This document shows positions 1 to 7,794 of a stretch of 20,602 nt of DNA, one piece after another. How positions within the stretch are numbered: position 1 is the stretch's first letter; each line of letters begins with the position of its first letter. The notes below the pieces were generated by a model. The model was not told where the DNA came from. It ran no database searches and saw only the letters and a list, made by a program, of their open reading frames with translations. The position numbers and the translations under genes are program-made. The DNA comes from Sulfurimonadaceae bacterium (lineage in GTDB: Bacteria; Campylobacterota; Campylobacteria; Campylobacterales; Sulfurimonadaceae): NCBI GenBank assembly GCA_041562555.1, contig JBFEXS010000028.1:1-20602 (forward strand). Reading direction: 5' to 3'.

Positions 1-122
1 ATTTTGTCCTGTTTTCTGTTTTTAAAACCCCTTAATACAGGGCTTTACAGCCTAACAAGAATGATTAATGCAAAAAAGTAAGATGAAAACAGCAGTTTTA
101 GGTATATACTTTAAAAGGAATT

Positions 123-338
123 ATGATGGAACATCACGTAGTAGTAGAAAAGATGTGCGGGTGCGCACGAAGACAAAACATGCCTCAGATCAAGACCTTT
201 GATGACAAAGAGAATGCTCTGAGAGTAGCCCGGGCATGGGCACAACAGTTAAATGAATCATTTTGTGGAAAACATGAGTTTGATGTGGTCGAAGTAGACA
301 ATAATTATGTTCTTGCAGTCGGTGAGGGCAGTTACTAG
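123..338 (+). CDS. Small hypothetical protein with CGC and FCGxH motifs (possible metal binding); start may be the second ATG at 126
   Basis: 71-aa ORF, AAGGA RBS at 115-119, ends 21 bp before ald on the same strand. Confidence 0.8.
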   Translation: MMEHHVVVEKMCGCARRQNMPQIKTFDDKENALRVARAWAQQLNESFCGKHEFDVVEVDNNYVLAVGEGSY

Positions 339-359
339 GAGGTATAAAGGAGATGCAAT

Positions 360-1454
360 ATGAACATCGGCGTACCAAAAGAGATAAAAACACAAGAGTA
401 CCGGGTCTCTCTCACCCCGGCCGGAGTACGAGAACTCGTTGACGCGGGACATACCGTCTGTGTACAGATGGGTGCCGGAGAAGGAAGCGGTTTTAGTGAT
501 GAGGCCTATGCGGATGCGGGGGCGAGCCTTTTGACCTCGGCGGAGGATGTCTTCGAGATCGCAGAGATGATCGTCAAAGTCAAAGAACCTATTGCTCAGG
601 AATATGCCTTGTTCAAAAAGGGTCAGACACTTTTTACCTATCTGCATCTTGCCGCAGACAAGCCGCTGACAGAGTTTCTGCTTTCTCAAGGGATAAAGGC
701 CTTTGCCTATGAGACACTGGTCGTTGACGGACGTCTGCCCCTATTGGAGCCTATGAGTGAAGTCGCAGGAAAGATGGCAGCATTGATGGGAGCCGTACAC
801 CTTGGGAAATACCATGGGGGGCTGGGCATCTTACCCGGGGGTGCCGTCGGTACCGAACGTGCGAAGGTGATGGTCTTAGGCGGGGGAGTTGCGGGTAAAT
901 GTGCGGCGGAAGTCGCTGCAGGACTGGGGGCGGATGTGACGATCTTTGATATCAACACGGCACGACTGCATTACCTCAATGATGTGCTTCCTGCCAATGT
1001 GAGCACCATGTACAGCTCAGCCGAGTCTATTGCCTCACTGCTGCCTCAGTGTGACATCGTCGTGGGAACGGTACTCATACCCGGGGCAAAGGCACCCAAA
1101 CTCATCACCCGGGAGATGCTGAAAGTGATGAAACAAGGAGCCGTTCTTGTGGATGTCTCCATCGATCAGGGGGGATGTTTTGAGAGCTCACATCCGACTA
1201 CCCATACCGAGCCTACGTTTATTGAGGAGGGGGTCGTGCACTATTGTGTTGCGAATATGCCCGGGGCTTACCCCCGTACCTCGACCTTCGCATTGACCAA
1301 CGCGACCCTGCCGTATGTCAAGGCTTTGGCAAAGTTCGGAGCAGAGGAAGTGTTAGAAAAAATGCCGGTCATGAAAACCGCGCTAAATACCTATGAAGGG
1401 AAACTGACGAATAAGGCAGTTGGGGATGCTTTTGGGATGGAAGTTGTAGTTTAA
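360..1454 (+). CDS. ald: Alanine dehydrogenase
   Basis: N-terminal IGVPKEIK..EYRV, KVKEP, FTYLHLAA, PLLEPMSEVAG, GGGVAG Rossmann motif, DVSIDQGGCFE, HYCVANMPGA; AAGGAG RBS. Confidence 0.97.
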   Translation: MNIGVPKEIKTQEYRVSLTPAGVRELVDAGHTVCVQMGAGEGSGFSDEAYADAGASLLTSAEDVFEIAEMIVKVKEPIAQEYALFKKGQTLFTYLHLAADKPLTEFLLSQGIKAFAYETLVVDGRLPLLEPMSEVAGKMAALMGAVHLGKYHGGLGILPGGAVGTERAKVMVLGGGVAGKCAAEVAAGLGADVTIFDINTARLHYLNDVLPANVSTMYSSAESIASLLPQCDIVVGTVLIPGAKAPKLITREMLKVMKQGAVLVDVSIDQGGCFESSHPTTHTEPTFIEEGVVHYCVANMPGAYPRTSTFALTNATLPYVKALAKFGAEEVLEKMPVMKTALNTYEGKLTNKAVGDAFGMEVVV

Positions 1455-1466
1455 TAACTTTTTTCT

Positions 1467-1728
1467 GCTCTTGCTGCTTAAGCCTTCGAGTGTTTTTAGC
1501 CTTTCCCTGACTTTCTTCGACCGCGAAGAAAGTAAGCAAAGAAGCTCTCTCAACGGCTTCGAGCCCGATAGCTATCGGGTGTCTTCACTCCACTGCTTTT
1601 TTCTCTAAAAATGCAAAACTCACTTCGTTCAGACAGTTACATTTTTTTAACGAGAAAGAAGCAATTCCATTCAGTTCTGCAGATGTTTCGATGGAGTCAA
1701 GCGGTAACGCATCGATGGATGCAAGAGC
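1467..1728. repeat. Structured intergenic element (REP/MITE-like repeat or ncRNA) bounded by 8-bp inverted repeats
   Basis: GCTCTTGC (1467-1474) / GCAAGAGC (1721-1728); perfect 10-bp stem 1510-1519/1524-1533; perfect 16-bp palindrome CCCGATAGCTATCGGG 1564-1579; long imperfect hairpin 1594-1663; no ORF of 60 aa or more. Confidence 0.6.
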
Positions 1729-1799
1729 TAAGGCGCATAAAGTGTTGAGAAGAATTGCAAATTTCTTTGAGTTGAGTACTGATAGATTAAGGCGGTATT

Positions 1800-1831
1800 G
1801 AATAGAATGTTTCTATATTAAATAGTTGGCA
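1800..1831 (+). mobile_element. Candidate attI-like or secondary cassette insertion site ending in GTTGGCA
   Basis: GTT core at 1825-1831 about 20 bp before the first AT-rich ORF; no recognisable attC left arm upstream. Confidence 0.3.
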
Positions 1832-1849
1832 TATCAAGGACCTTAAAAA

Positions 1850-2647
1850 ATGAAGACAGGAATCATACTCCTCGCTATAGTGGCCTTAATCTCATTAATA
1901 GCAGCTCTATTAGTGACTTTAGGGGTTAGTATTCCATGTATTGAAACTGATACTTTACCCGCTGTTGCAATTAGTTCTGGTGTGCTAATAGCAACGTTGA
2001 CTTTTGTTCGTGAAAGAAAAAAACAAGAGACAGAATCTGAGTTAAAAAAAGACGAAATAAATATTGAAGTCATCGCGAATAGTTTTGATGAAGTTTACAA
2101 CTTGTTAGAAGATATGAATAATTCTCGGGTTATTTGGATAAGAGTTGCAAGAGTCTTGCTATGGGCCATAGAACTGGGTGAAACAATCACTAATGAGGCA
2201 ATGAAAAAATCATATGAACTTCAAAAAGAGCGTCTTAGAACGAGGTTGTATTTCTTGATGCAAAGGAAACCAGAAAACAATGAACAGTATGACTCAGAGT
2301 CGTTACCGGGTCAGTTTTTTTATGGGATACCTAACTGGGAAGATCGTTCTATAACAATTGATGAAGCAGCTATAGCATCTCATCCGGACATCGCTCAAGC
2401 ACACCGAGTAAATTTCAGCACTGTTGTTCCATCTCCAAAAGCTTCTGAATTAGACGTATCTTCGGTTGTTGCTATTTTTGATTTTATTCGGGAGTCTGAC
2501 CTTCTTGAAAATGATCCATTGGAAGGGGTGAAGGTATGGGAAGGTGAGCCAGCTAGTTTTGATATTTTTCAAGGTCCAGCTAATTATGTCGCACATAAAA
2601 ATAGATATCGTGTAGTTAATGGCGAACTAAAGGAAAAGAATAGCTGA
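1850..2647 (+). CDS. Hypothetical protein with two N-terminal hydrophobic helices and a soluble C-terminal domain; putative integron cassette gene
   Basis: 265-aa ORF, AAGGA RBS, hydrophobic stretches at about aa 4-27 and 37-53, AT-rich codons; stop codon overlaps the R'' box of the following attC-like site. Confidence 0.8.
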   Translation: MKTGIILLAIVALISLIAALLVTLGVSIPCIETDTLPAVAISSGVLIATLTFVRERKKQETESELKKDEINIEVIANSFDEVYNLLEDMNNSRVIWIRVARVLLWAIELGETITNEAMKKSYELQKERLRTRLYFLMQRKPENNEQYDSESLPGQFFYGIPNWEDRSITIDEAAIASHPDIAQAHRVNFSTVVPSPKASELDVSSVVAIFDFIRESDLLENDPLEGVKVWEGEPASFDIFQGPANYVAHKNRYRVVNGELKEKNS

Positions 2648-2713
2648 CGAATTAAAGGCGACCAATCAAAAACCTGTGTATCGCTTTTTGATTACTTATT
2701 TCAAACGTTAGGA
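2642..2713 (+). mobile_element. attC-like integron recombination site (degenerate)
   Basis: R''-like AGCTGAC 2642-2648 containing the stop codon; internal perfect inverted repeat AATCAAAAA 2664-2672 / TTTTTGATT 2685-2693; R'-like GTTAGGA 2707-2713; 72 bp long. Confidence 0.7.
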
Positions 2714-2719
2714 TACCCC

Positions 2720-3163
2720 GTGAATTTTATTAAAGATAACGAACACAAAATACAATTGGAAGAACTATTACTGAAAGCAGATAAAATCATCTTATGCTCA
2801 GGTTGGCTTCTAAATGATGGAATAAGACTTATTGAAAACGCGTTAAGAACTGCAATTAGTAATAACACTCCAGTTGTAATGTATTCAAGTGTGAAGCATA
2901 CAGAAAAGAAAGAGATTAATAAGCTAAAAAAATATTCAAACTTTACACATAAAACATTAACAAAAAAAACTGGAAAAATTCATACGAAGCTTTATTACTT
3001 TGAATATAGAAATAGTTTTACTGCCATAGTTGGATCAGCAAATATTACAAAAGGTGGGTTGCAAATGAACAAAGAATTGTCAATTAAACTTGAAGACTCA
3101 ATTGGTTCAGAAAATCATAGTGAAGTACTAAGTTACATTAAAAGTTTAGACGAATTAAGTTGA
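2720..3163 (+). CDS. Stand-alone phospholipase D-like (single HKD) nuclease-domain protein; putative integron cassette gene
   Basis: HTKLYYFE (HxKxxxxD/E) followed by IVGSANIT..GL..NKE, typical of PLDc_2/NgoFVII/Nuc-type domains; GTG start 6 bp after attC R'. Confidence 0.82.
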   Translation: MNFIKDNEHKIQLEELLLKADKIILCSGWLLNDGIRLIENALRTAISNNTPVVMYSSVKHTEKKEINKLKKYSNFTHKTLTKKTGKIHTKLYYFEYRNSFTAIVGSANITKGGLQMNKELSIKLEDSIGSENHSEVLSYIKSLDELS

Positions 3164-3164
3164 A

Positions 3165-3205
3165 ATCCTAACTAATATGAGGAATGCAATAGTTTAATTT
3201 AAAAT
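3165..3205 (+). mobile_element. Truncated attC (left arm only)
   Basis: ATCCTAAC at 3165-3172, just after the stop codon, is the exact reverse complement of GTTAGGAT at 2707-2714; no matching right arm is visible downstream. Confidence 0.6.
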
Positions 3206-3361
3206 ATATCTTTATGAATGAATTTCTGCTTTTTAAATAGCCCTTATGTAAACATACTATCTACAGAACATGCAACTAAAAAATAAGCCCAAGCACAAAA
3301 CTTGTACATCTACATAAAACACTACGGGAGTAGAGAATGAATCCATGCTTGGTAAATATCT

Positions 3362-3604
3362 GTGAAGCCTTTGAAAAAAGAGCAGGTGGTGACGGGTCTC
3401 TTCTTTGACTTCCTCGACTGCTTCTCCTCTTTGGGGGCAGAGAAGCTCGAGTATCCCAAAGAGTTTCAAAACGATGTAAAGCTTTACCTTCAGGGTCATG
3501 AGATCTTGACGAAGAAGTTTGAAGACGTCGAGATCCGCTATTTGATGCTCAGCGACTTCTACGACTTTTGTCGTCTGACAAAACGGTACACCAAAATGTC
3601 GTAG
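3362..3604 (+). CDS. Hypothetical protein (possibly 5'-truncated)
   Basis: 80-aa ORF with host-like codon usage; GTG start without a clear RBS, located at the edge of the AT-rich insert. Confidence 0.55.
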   Translation: MKPLKKEQVVTGLFFDFLDCFSSLGAEKLEYPKEFQNDVKLYLQGHEILTKKFEDVEIRYLMLSDFYDFCRLTKRYTKMS

Positions 3605-3627
3605 GTGTAGAGGCCTATAGGGGATGA

Positions 3628-3900
3628 CTACTTTAAATAGCTTTTGAGCAAAGATCTTAGGTTTTCGATCTCCTCTTCTCTTTGTGCGTCACTGATATGA
3701 CTGCCCAGATGCTCTTTGATATGCTCATCAAGGACTTCACGCATGAGTGACTGTATGGCACCTCTGCTGGCACTGATCTGCTGCAATACTTTGAAGCAGT
3801 CACTGTCTGACTCCAGGGCTTTTTCTACACTGCTTAACTGTCCTTTGATCTTTTTTATCCGCAAGATCAGTTTGTCTTTGTTCTCGATTAAATGTGCCAT
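3628..3900 (-). CDS. CsoR/RcnR/FrmR-family metal-sensing transcriptional repressor (DmeR-like)
   Basis: MAH N-terminus, RIKKIKGQL, C..VLQQISASRGA, HIKEH metal-ligand pattern; divergent from a CDF exporter. Confidence 0.92.
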   Translation of the reverse strand: MAHLIENKDKLILRIKKIKGQLSSVEKALESDSDCFKVLQQISASRGAIQSLMREVLDEHIKEHLGSHISDAQREEEIENLRSLLKSYLK

Positions 3901-3929
3901 CTTGTTTTTCCTTTAAAGTCACATAAGGT

Positions 3930-3946
3930 ATACTGGGGTATAGTAT
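3930..3946. promoter_or_regulatory. RcnR/FrmR-type operator
   Basis: ATACT-GGGGTAT-AGTAT: inverted repeat flanking a G-tract, matching the TACT-G-tract-AGTA pattern of RcnR-family sites, between the repressor and the transporter. Confidence 0.8.
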
Positions 3947-3972
3947 CAAAAAATATTTTAAAGAAGGGTAAA

Positions 3973-4929
3973 ATGAATACCGTTGAAACACTAAAAGAGA
4001 TCGCGCACTCACACCATTTTGACAGCTCCAATCCCATTGCAAAAAAGAACACGCTGTATGCGACACTTTTGACCTTTGTGACGATGATCGTCGAGATCGT
4101 GGGAGGGTATTATTATAACTCTATGGCACTGCTTGCCGATGGTTGGCATATGAGTTCGCATGTGCTTGCACTGGGGATGGCCTATATGGCCTATGTCATG
4201 GCAGGAAAATATGCGAAAGACTTCAGGTTTAATTTCGGAACCTACAAGATGGAGGTCCTGGGCGGATATACCAGTGCGATCCTGCTGCTGGTCGTTGCCT
4301 TTTTTATGGCCTTTCATTCGGTTGAACGGATCTTCAATCCTGTGAGCATCGCCTATCAAGAGGCCATTAGCATCGCTATTGTCGGACTGGTCGTCAATCT
4401 CATCTGTGCATGGCTGCTCAAAGACGACCATCATCACCATCACGGCCATGATGATCATCATCATGATCACGGTCACGGGCATCATCACCACGACATGAAC
4501 CTCAAAGCAGCTTACCTGCATGTACTGGCTGACGCACTGACCTCGGTCTTGGCGATAATCGCACTGACGGGCGGGATGATCTATGGCCTTTCATGGCTTG
4601 ATCCGGTGATGGGAATCGTCGGTTCGGTACTGGTGTTTGTCTGGGCTATCGGTCTGATCAAACAGTCGGGAAAGATCCTGTTGGATGCCGAGATGGACGC
4701 ACCGATCGTCGAAGAGGTGATGGAGGTGATCAATGCCTTTGAACAAAGCATCGTCATCGAGGACCTGCATGTCTGGCGGGTAGGAAAAGGAAAGTTCGGT
4801 TGTGTCATGACACTCAACTCCAGTGAGACGATCGACATAAACACGGTGAAACAGGAGCTTGCTGTTCATGAAGAGCTGGTACATATCTCTGTGGAGATCA
4901 AGCAATCTGATGAGCAAATAGCCTCGTAG
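3973..4929 (+). CDS. dmeF: CDF-family Co(II)/Ni(II) efflux transporter, DmeF-like
   Basis: SMALLADGWHMSSH, His-rich loop, NLKAAYLHVLADALTS, DLHVWRVG; ATG 3973 follows a purine-rich RBS (the longer ORF start at 3892 overlaps the divergent gene). Confidence 0.92.
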   Translation: MNTVETLKEIAHSHHFDSSNPIAKKNTLYATLLTFVTMIVEIVGGYYYNSMALLADGWHMSSHVLALGMAYMAYVMAGKYAKDFRFNFGTYKMEVLGGYTSAILLLVVAFFMAFHSVERIFNPVSIAYQEAISIAIVGLVVNLICAWLLKDDHHHHHGHDDHHHDHGHGHHHHDMNLKAAYLHVLADALTSVLAIIALTGGMIYGLSWLDPVMGIVGSVLVFVWAIGLIKQSGKILLDAEMDAPIVEEVMEVINAFEQSIVIEDLHVWRVGKGKFGCVMTLNSSETIDINTVKQELAVHEELVHISVEIKQSDEQIAS

Positions 4930-5192
4930 AGGGCATGGAAACGTTTTTCCCGCGGGACATCGATGCCTTCATAGACCTCGTCTCTTTGGGCCTGGATCAT
5001 GTTCATTGTTTACAGTCCAACAGATAGAATGCATGTATGCGATTACGGTGCAGTTTAGGACAAAACTGTCGCGGTAATGTCATGCTTAACTCTCTATGTT
5101 AGACTCCAGCTTTAAAAAAACTATAGGCATGAAACTTGTATACCTTCATAAAAAGAATCTGGCGTTTTGCCAAATGTATCAAAAGGAATAGG

Positions 5193-5555
5193 ATGTTGAA
5201 TTTTGGAGCGTTTAAGTCGTTGTCGGACAAAGAATTCGTCAAGAAAAAAGAGGAAGGCTATCCAGTCATCGATATTCGCAGGCCGGATGAATGGGAGCAG
5301 ACGGGAGTGATCGAGGGAAGTCACAAGATCACCTTTTTCGATGCCTATGGGCAGTATGATGTGGATGCTTTTATGGAAGCCTTCAGCAAAGTGGTCAAGG
5401 ATAAGGAAGCGCCGTTCATCCTGGTCTGCGCCCATGCGAACCGTACCAAAAATGTAGGAGAACTCTTAGGCTTGCGTTTCAAGTACAAAAATGTCTACGA
5501 GCTTGACGGAGGTATTGTCGAATGGATCGACAAGGGGTACGAGACCGCACGATAA
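5193..5555 (+). CDS. Rhodanese-like domain protein (sulfurtransferase)
   Basis: VIDIRRPDEW..G.IEGS, active-site loop CAHANRT, VYELDGGIVEW; AAAGGA RBS before ATG 5193. Confidence 0.9.
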   Translation: MLNFGAFKSLSDKEFVKKKEEGYPVIDIRRPDEWEQTGVIEGSHKITFFDAYGQYDVDAFMEAFSKVVKDKEAPFILVCAHANRTKNVGELLGLRFKYKNVYELDGGIVEWIDKGYETAR

Positions 5556-5616
5556 AGCGTCCCCCTCTTCATAAACAGGCTTTTCCATTACCTAAACCTC
5601 TACTGAAAGATCACTA

Positions 5617-5632
5617 TTGTCAAGCTTGACAA
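5617..5632. promoter_or_regulatory. Perfect 16-bp palindrome, candidate operator upstream of the DUF4242 gene
   Basis: TTGTCAAGCTTGACAA, contains TTGACA. Confidence 0.4.
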
Positions 5633-5697
5633 AGAGCATTTCAAAGTTTATTAGTATAAGATTTAATAATAGAGTACACCAATAATGGAGGTGTGTT

Positions 5698-5985
5698 ATG
5701 GATAAGTATATTATACATCGGGATATCCCGGGTGTCGGTTTTCTGTCACAAGAGGAATACCGTGCAGCGGCAGCAAAGTCCAATGCAGTGATCGCAGAGA
5801 TGAATGCAGAGAAAAAAGGGATACAGTGGGTACACTCCTATGCGACGCAGGATGTCATGTTCTGTATCTATATCGTTGATGATGAAGCTCTGATCTACGA
5901 ACATAGTGAGCGCAGCGGCTTCCCTGCAGATGTCGTCAGAAAGGTAACGACTACGGTTGATCCCGTAACAGCCAATGGCGCATAG
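5698..5985 (+). CDS. DUF4242 family protein (SCO4226-like putative nickel-binding protein)
   Basis: YIIHRDIPGVG, IQWVHSY, FCIY, EHSERSGFPAD, DPVTA; GGAGG RBS. Confidence 0.88.
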   Translation: MDKYIIHRDIPGVGFLSQEEYRAAAAKSNAVIAEMNAEKKGIQWVHSYATQDVMFCIYIVDDEALIYEHSERSGFPADVVRKVTTTVDPVTANGA

Positions 5986-6012
5986 GCCTTGGGTGTCAAT
6001 GAGATCAGACCT

Positions 6013-6339
6013 TTAGAGTCTGGCAAGCAGCAGTATGACGAAGGGGACTGGTTTTTTCGGTGCTCTTGCAGCATCAAAGACATCGCAGAAAGTCGTTGCG
6101 ACTTTGTGGATCTGCTCTTTGGTGTATTCATGTTCAAAATGCAGGTCCAAGACCTCCATGGTCTTGTCTGTGATGATGTCAAGCTGGTCACAATCGACCA
6201 TACTGATGCCCAGTTGTTTGTCCCATGAACAGGCGTGGGGAAAAAGATCGAAGGTCTCTTTGATCTCTTCATCACTGAGGTCATTGAGCAGACTGTGCTC
6301 ACGGACGAAGTTGATGATCTCGTGTAGTTTACAGACCAT
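6013..6339 (-). CDS. Hypothetical protein
   Basis: 108-aa ORF starting 4 bp after the ferredoxin stop, likely co-transcribed. Confidence 0.7.
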   Translation of the reverse strand: MVCKLHEIINFVREHSLLNDLSDEEIKETFDLFPHACSWDKQLGISMVDCDQLDIITDKTMEVLDLHFEHEYTKEQIHKVATTFCDVFDAARAPKKPVPFVILLLARL

Positions 6340-6343
6340 CTTC

Positions 6344-6715
6344 TCAGCCCATCTGTACGGCTATATCAGCAGGTGAAACAGCCGTGTCCCATAACTCTTC
6401 AGGGATGAGGTATTCCGATACGGCAGTACCGCTCAGGATATGTTCATCAATGATGCGGTCGACCTTTTCTTTGGTGAGACCGACATACATGAAATGTCCC
6501 GGCTCGACCAGCATCACCGGGCCGACATTACAGCGTCCGAGACAACTGGTCTGTATCGGCTGGACGGTTCCCATGATGCCTTTTTGCATAAGGGACTGGG
6601 CGAGGTACTGAAAAAGGTCCTGGCTTTGCGGGGTGACGCAAGAGGGTTTAGGCATATTTGGCGGGGATGACTGCTGACATTTTAATACGTAAAAAGCGGG
6701 TTGGGGAATTCCCAT
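6344..6715 (-). CDS. Thioredoxin-like [2Fe-2S] ferredoxin
   Basis: C-x12-C...CLGRC..GP.MLVEP...MY..LT.EKVDRIIDEHI..G; AGGAG RBS. Confidence 0.92.
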   Translation of the reverse strand: MGIPQPAFYVLKCQQSSPPNMPKPSCVTPQSQDLFQYLAQSLMQKGIMGTVQPIQTSCLGRCNVGPVMLVEPGHFMYVGLTKEKVDRIIDEHILSGTAVSEYLIPEELWDTAVSPADIAVQMG

Positions 6716-6732
6716 GATTTTCTCCTGTATGG

Positions 6733-6761
6733 TTTCTACAGGGTATGCATAAACTGTTCAT
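6733..6761 (-). promoter_or_regulatory. Copy 1 of a 29-bp repeated upstream motif
   Basis: TTTCTACAGGGTATGCATAAACTGTTCAT; 25/29 identical to 8039-8067; both lie 18 bp from a minus-strand start codon. Confidence 0.7.
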
Positions 6762-6770
6762 CTTCACCTC

Positions 6771-7583
6771 TTAGATGAAGAGTCTGTCCATGGATCGTAT
6801 CTCTTCATCGCTCAGGGTGATATCAAAACTTTGCAGGTCATCGCGCATATGCTCGGGGTCTGTGGTCCCTGTCAAAGGTGTGACACCCGTTTGGTGCAAG
6901 TAGGAAAAGAGGATCTGTACGACATTCTTCTTATGTGTACGACTGAGTTGAAAGAGGGTCTCATCCTGAAGTATGTGGGGATTGGCTGTCAGGGTCCAGA
7001 AGCTTTGATAGACGATACCGTGTTGCAGGCACCATTTACGAAGTTCCACATCATAATCACTCTCTGCATAAAAGCGGTTTTGTACATAACTGGGCTTGAT
7101 ACTGGCATCATCATAGAAACGTTTCAGGGTAGGAAGGTCATAGATGTTTGAGATACCCAGTGCATGGGTCTGAGCGTTCTCATATATCTGCTCCATGGCG
7201 CTCCATACTTCCAGCAGGTCTTTATAGGGGAAAATGGGAGAGTGAAGTACCAAGGAGTTTACATAGTCCGTCTGGAGGTTTTTCAAGGAGACCTCGAAGG
7301 ATTGCGCCACCTGAGTAGAAAGGGCTGCATTGGGATCATAGGGAGCACTGTCAAGGTCTTGTCCGGCAATCGGGGTAAATTTTGTCTGGATGAAGAGTTG
7401 ATCCCGCTGTATGCCTTCTTTGGCCAAGGCATGCAGTGCTTCACCTACACCTGCTTCATTATAATGACGTTTTTGACAGGCTGTGTCTATCGCCCTGAAG
7501 CCTGCTCTGACTGCCTGAATGACGAGTTCTTTAGTAGCCTCTTTTTTCCAGGCCGTACCATAGATGATAGGAGGTAATTGCAT
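6771..7583 (-). CDS. Aldo/keto reductase family protein
   Basis: YGTAWK, GFRAIDTA, LFIQTKFT, SL..L.TDY..SLVLHSP, LGISN, VQNRF; AAGGA RBS before ATG at 7583. Confidence 0.92.
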   Translation of the reverse strand: MQLPPIIYGTAWKKEATKELVIQAVRAGFRAIDTACQKRHYNEAGVGEALHALAKEGIQRDQLFIQTKFTPIAGQDLDSAPYDPNAALSTQVAQSFEVSLKNLQTDYVNSLVLHSPIFPYKDLLEVWSAMEQIYENAQTHALGISNIYDLPTLKRFYDDASIKPSYVQNRFYAESDYDVELRKWCLQHGIVYQSFWTLTANPHILQDETLFQLSRTHKKNVVQILFSYLHQTGVTPLTGTTDPEHMRDDLQSFDITLSDEEIRSMDRLFI

Positions 7584-7663
7584 GTCGTTCCTTGATAATA
7601 AGTATATAGATCGGATGTCCTGTGACGGCCAAGCTATAGACTTAGACAAAGTCCGAGCAGAGC

Positions 7664-7768
7664 TTAGAGTTCGTCTTCGTGTTTTGCAAGGTATTCTGCT
7701 ACACCTTCTGATGTTGCTTTCATCCCTTCATCACCCTTGTTCCATCCTGCGGCACAGACTTGGTTAGC
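7664..7768 (-). pseudogene. ahpC: 3' remnant of a 2-Cys peroxiredoxin (AhpC/TsaA)
   Basis: Translates as ANQVCAAGWNKGDEGMKATSEGVAEYLAKHEDEL*, matching the AhpC C-terminal VCPAGW..GD.GMKAT..GVAEYL signature; preceded in frame by TAA TGA, with no start or N-terminal domain. Confidence 0.8.
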
Positions 7769-7794
7769 TCATTAGAAATACTTAGGGCACTCTA

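Noticed and set aside
50..57. GCCTAAC resembling an attC R'' box
   Set aside because: No partner R' box or internal dyad at suitable distance, and no ORF ending there
4426..4494. CAT/CAC-rich repetitive tract
   Set aside because: Encodes the normal His-rich loop of the CDF transporter; not a CRISPR or separate repeat
4930..5130. Short minus-strand frame MNMIQAQRDEVYEGIDVPREKRFHALYEAI... downstream of dmeF
   Set aside because: No RBS, runs into dmeF antisense, and I cannot assign it; may be a remnant but unsupported
5124..5140. AGGCATGAAACTTGT as a sigma-54 promoter for rhodanese
   Set aside because: Has GT instead of the conserved -12 GC
7769..7771. In-frame TGA before the AhpC fragment as possible selenocysteine
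   Set aside because: Immediately preceded by an in-frame TAA, not at a Cys-aligned position, and no start codon is available
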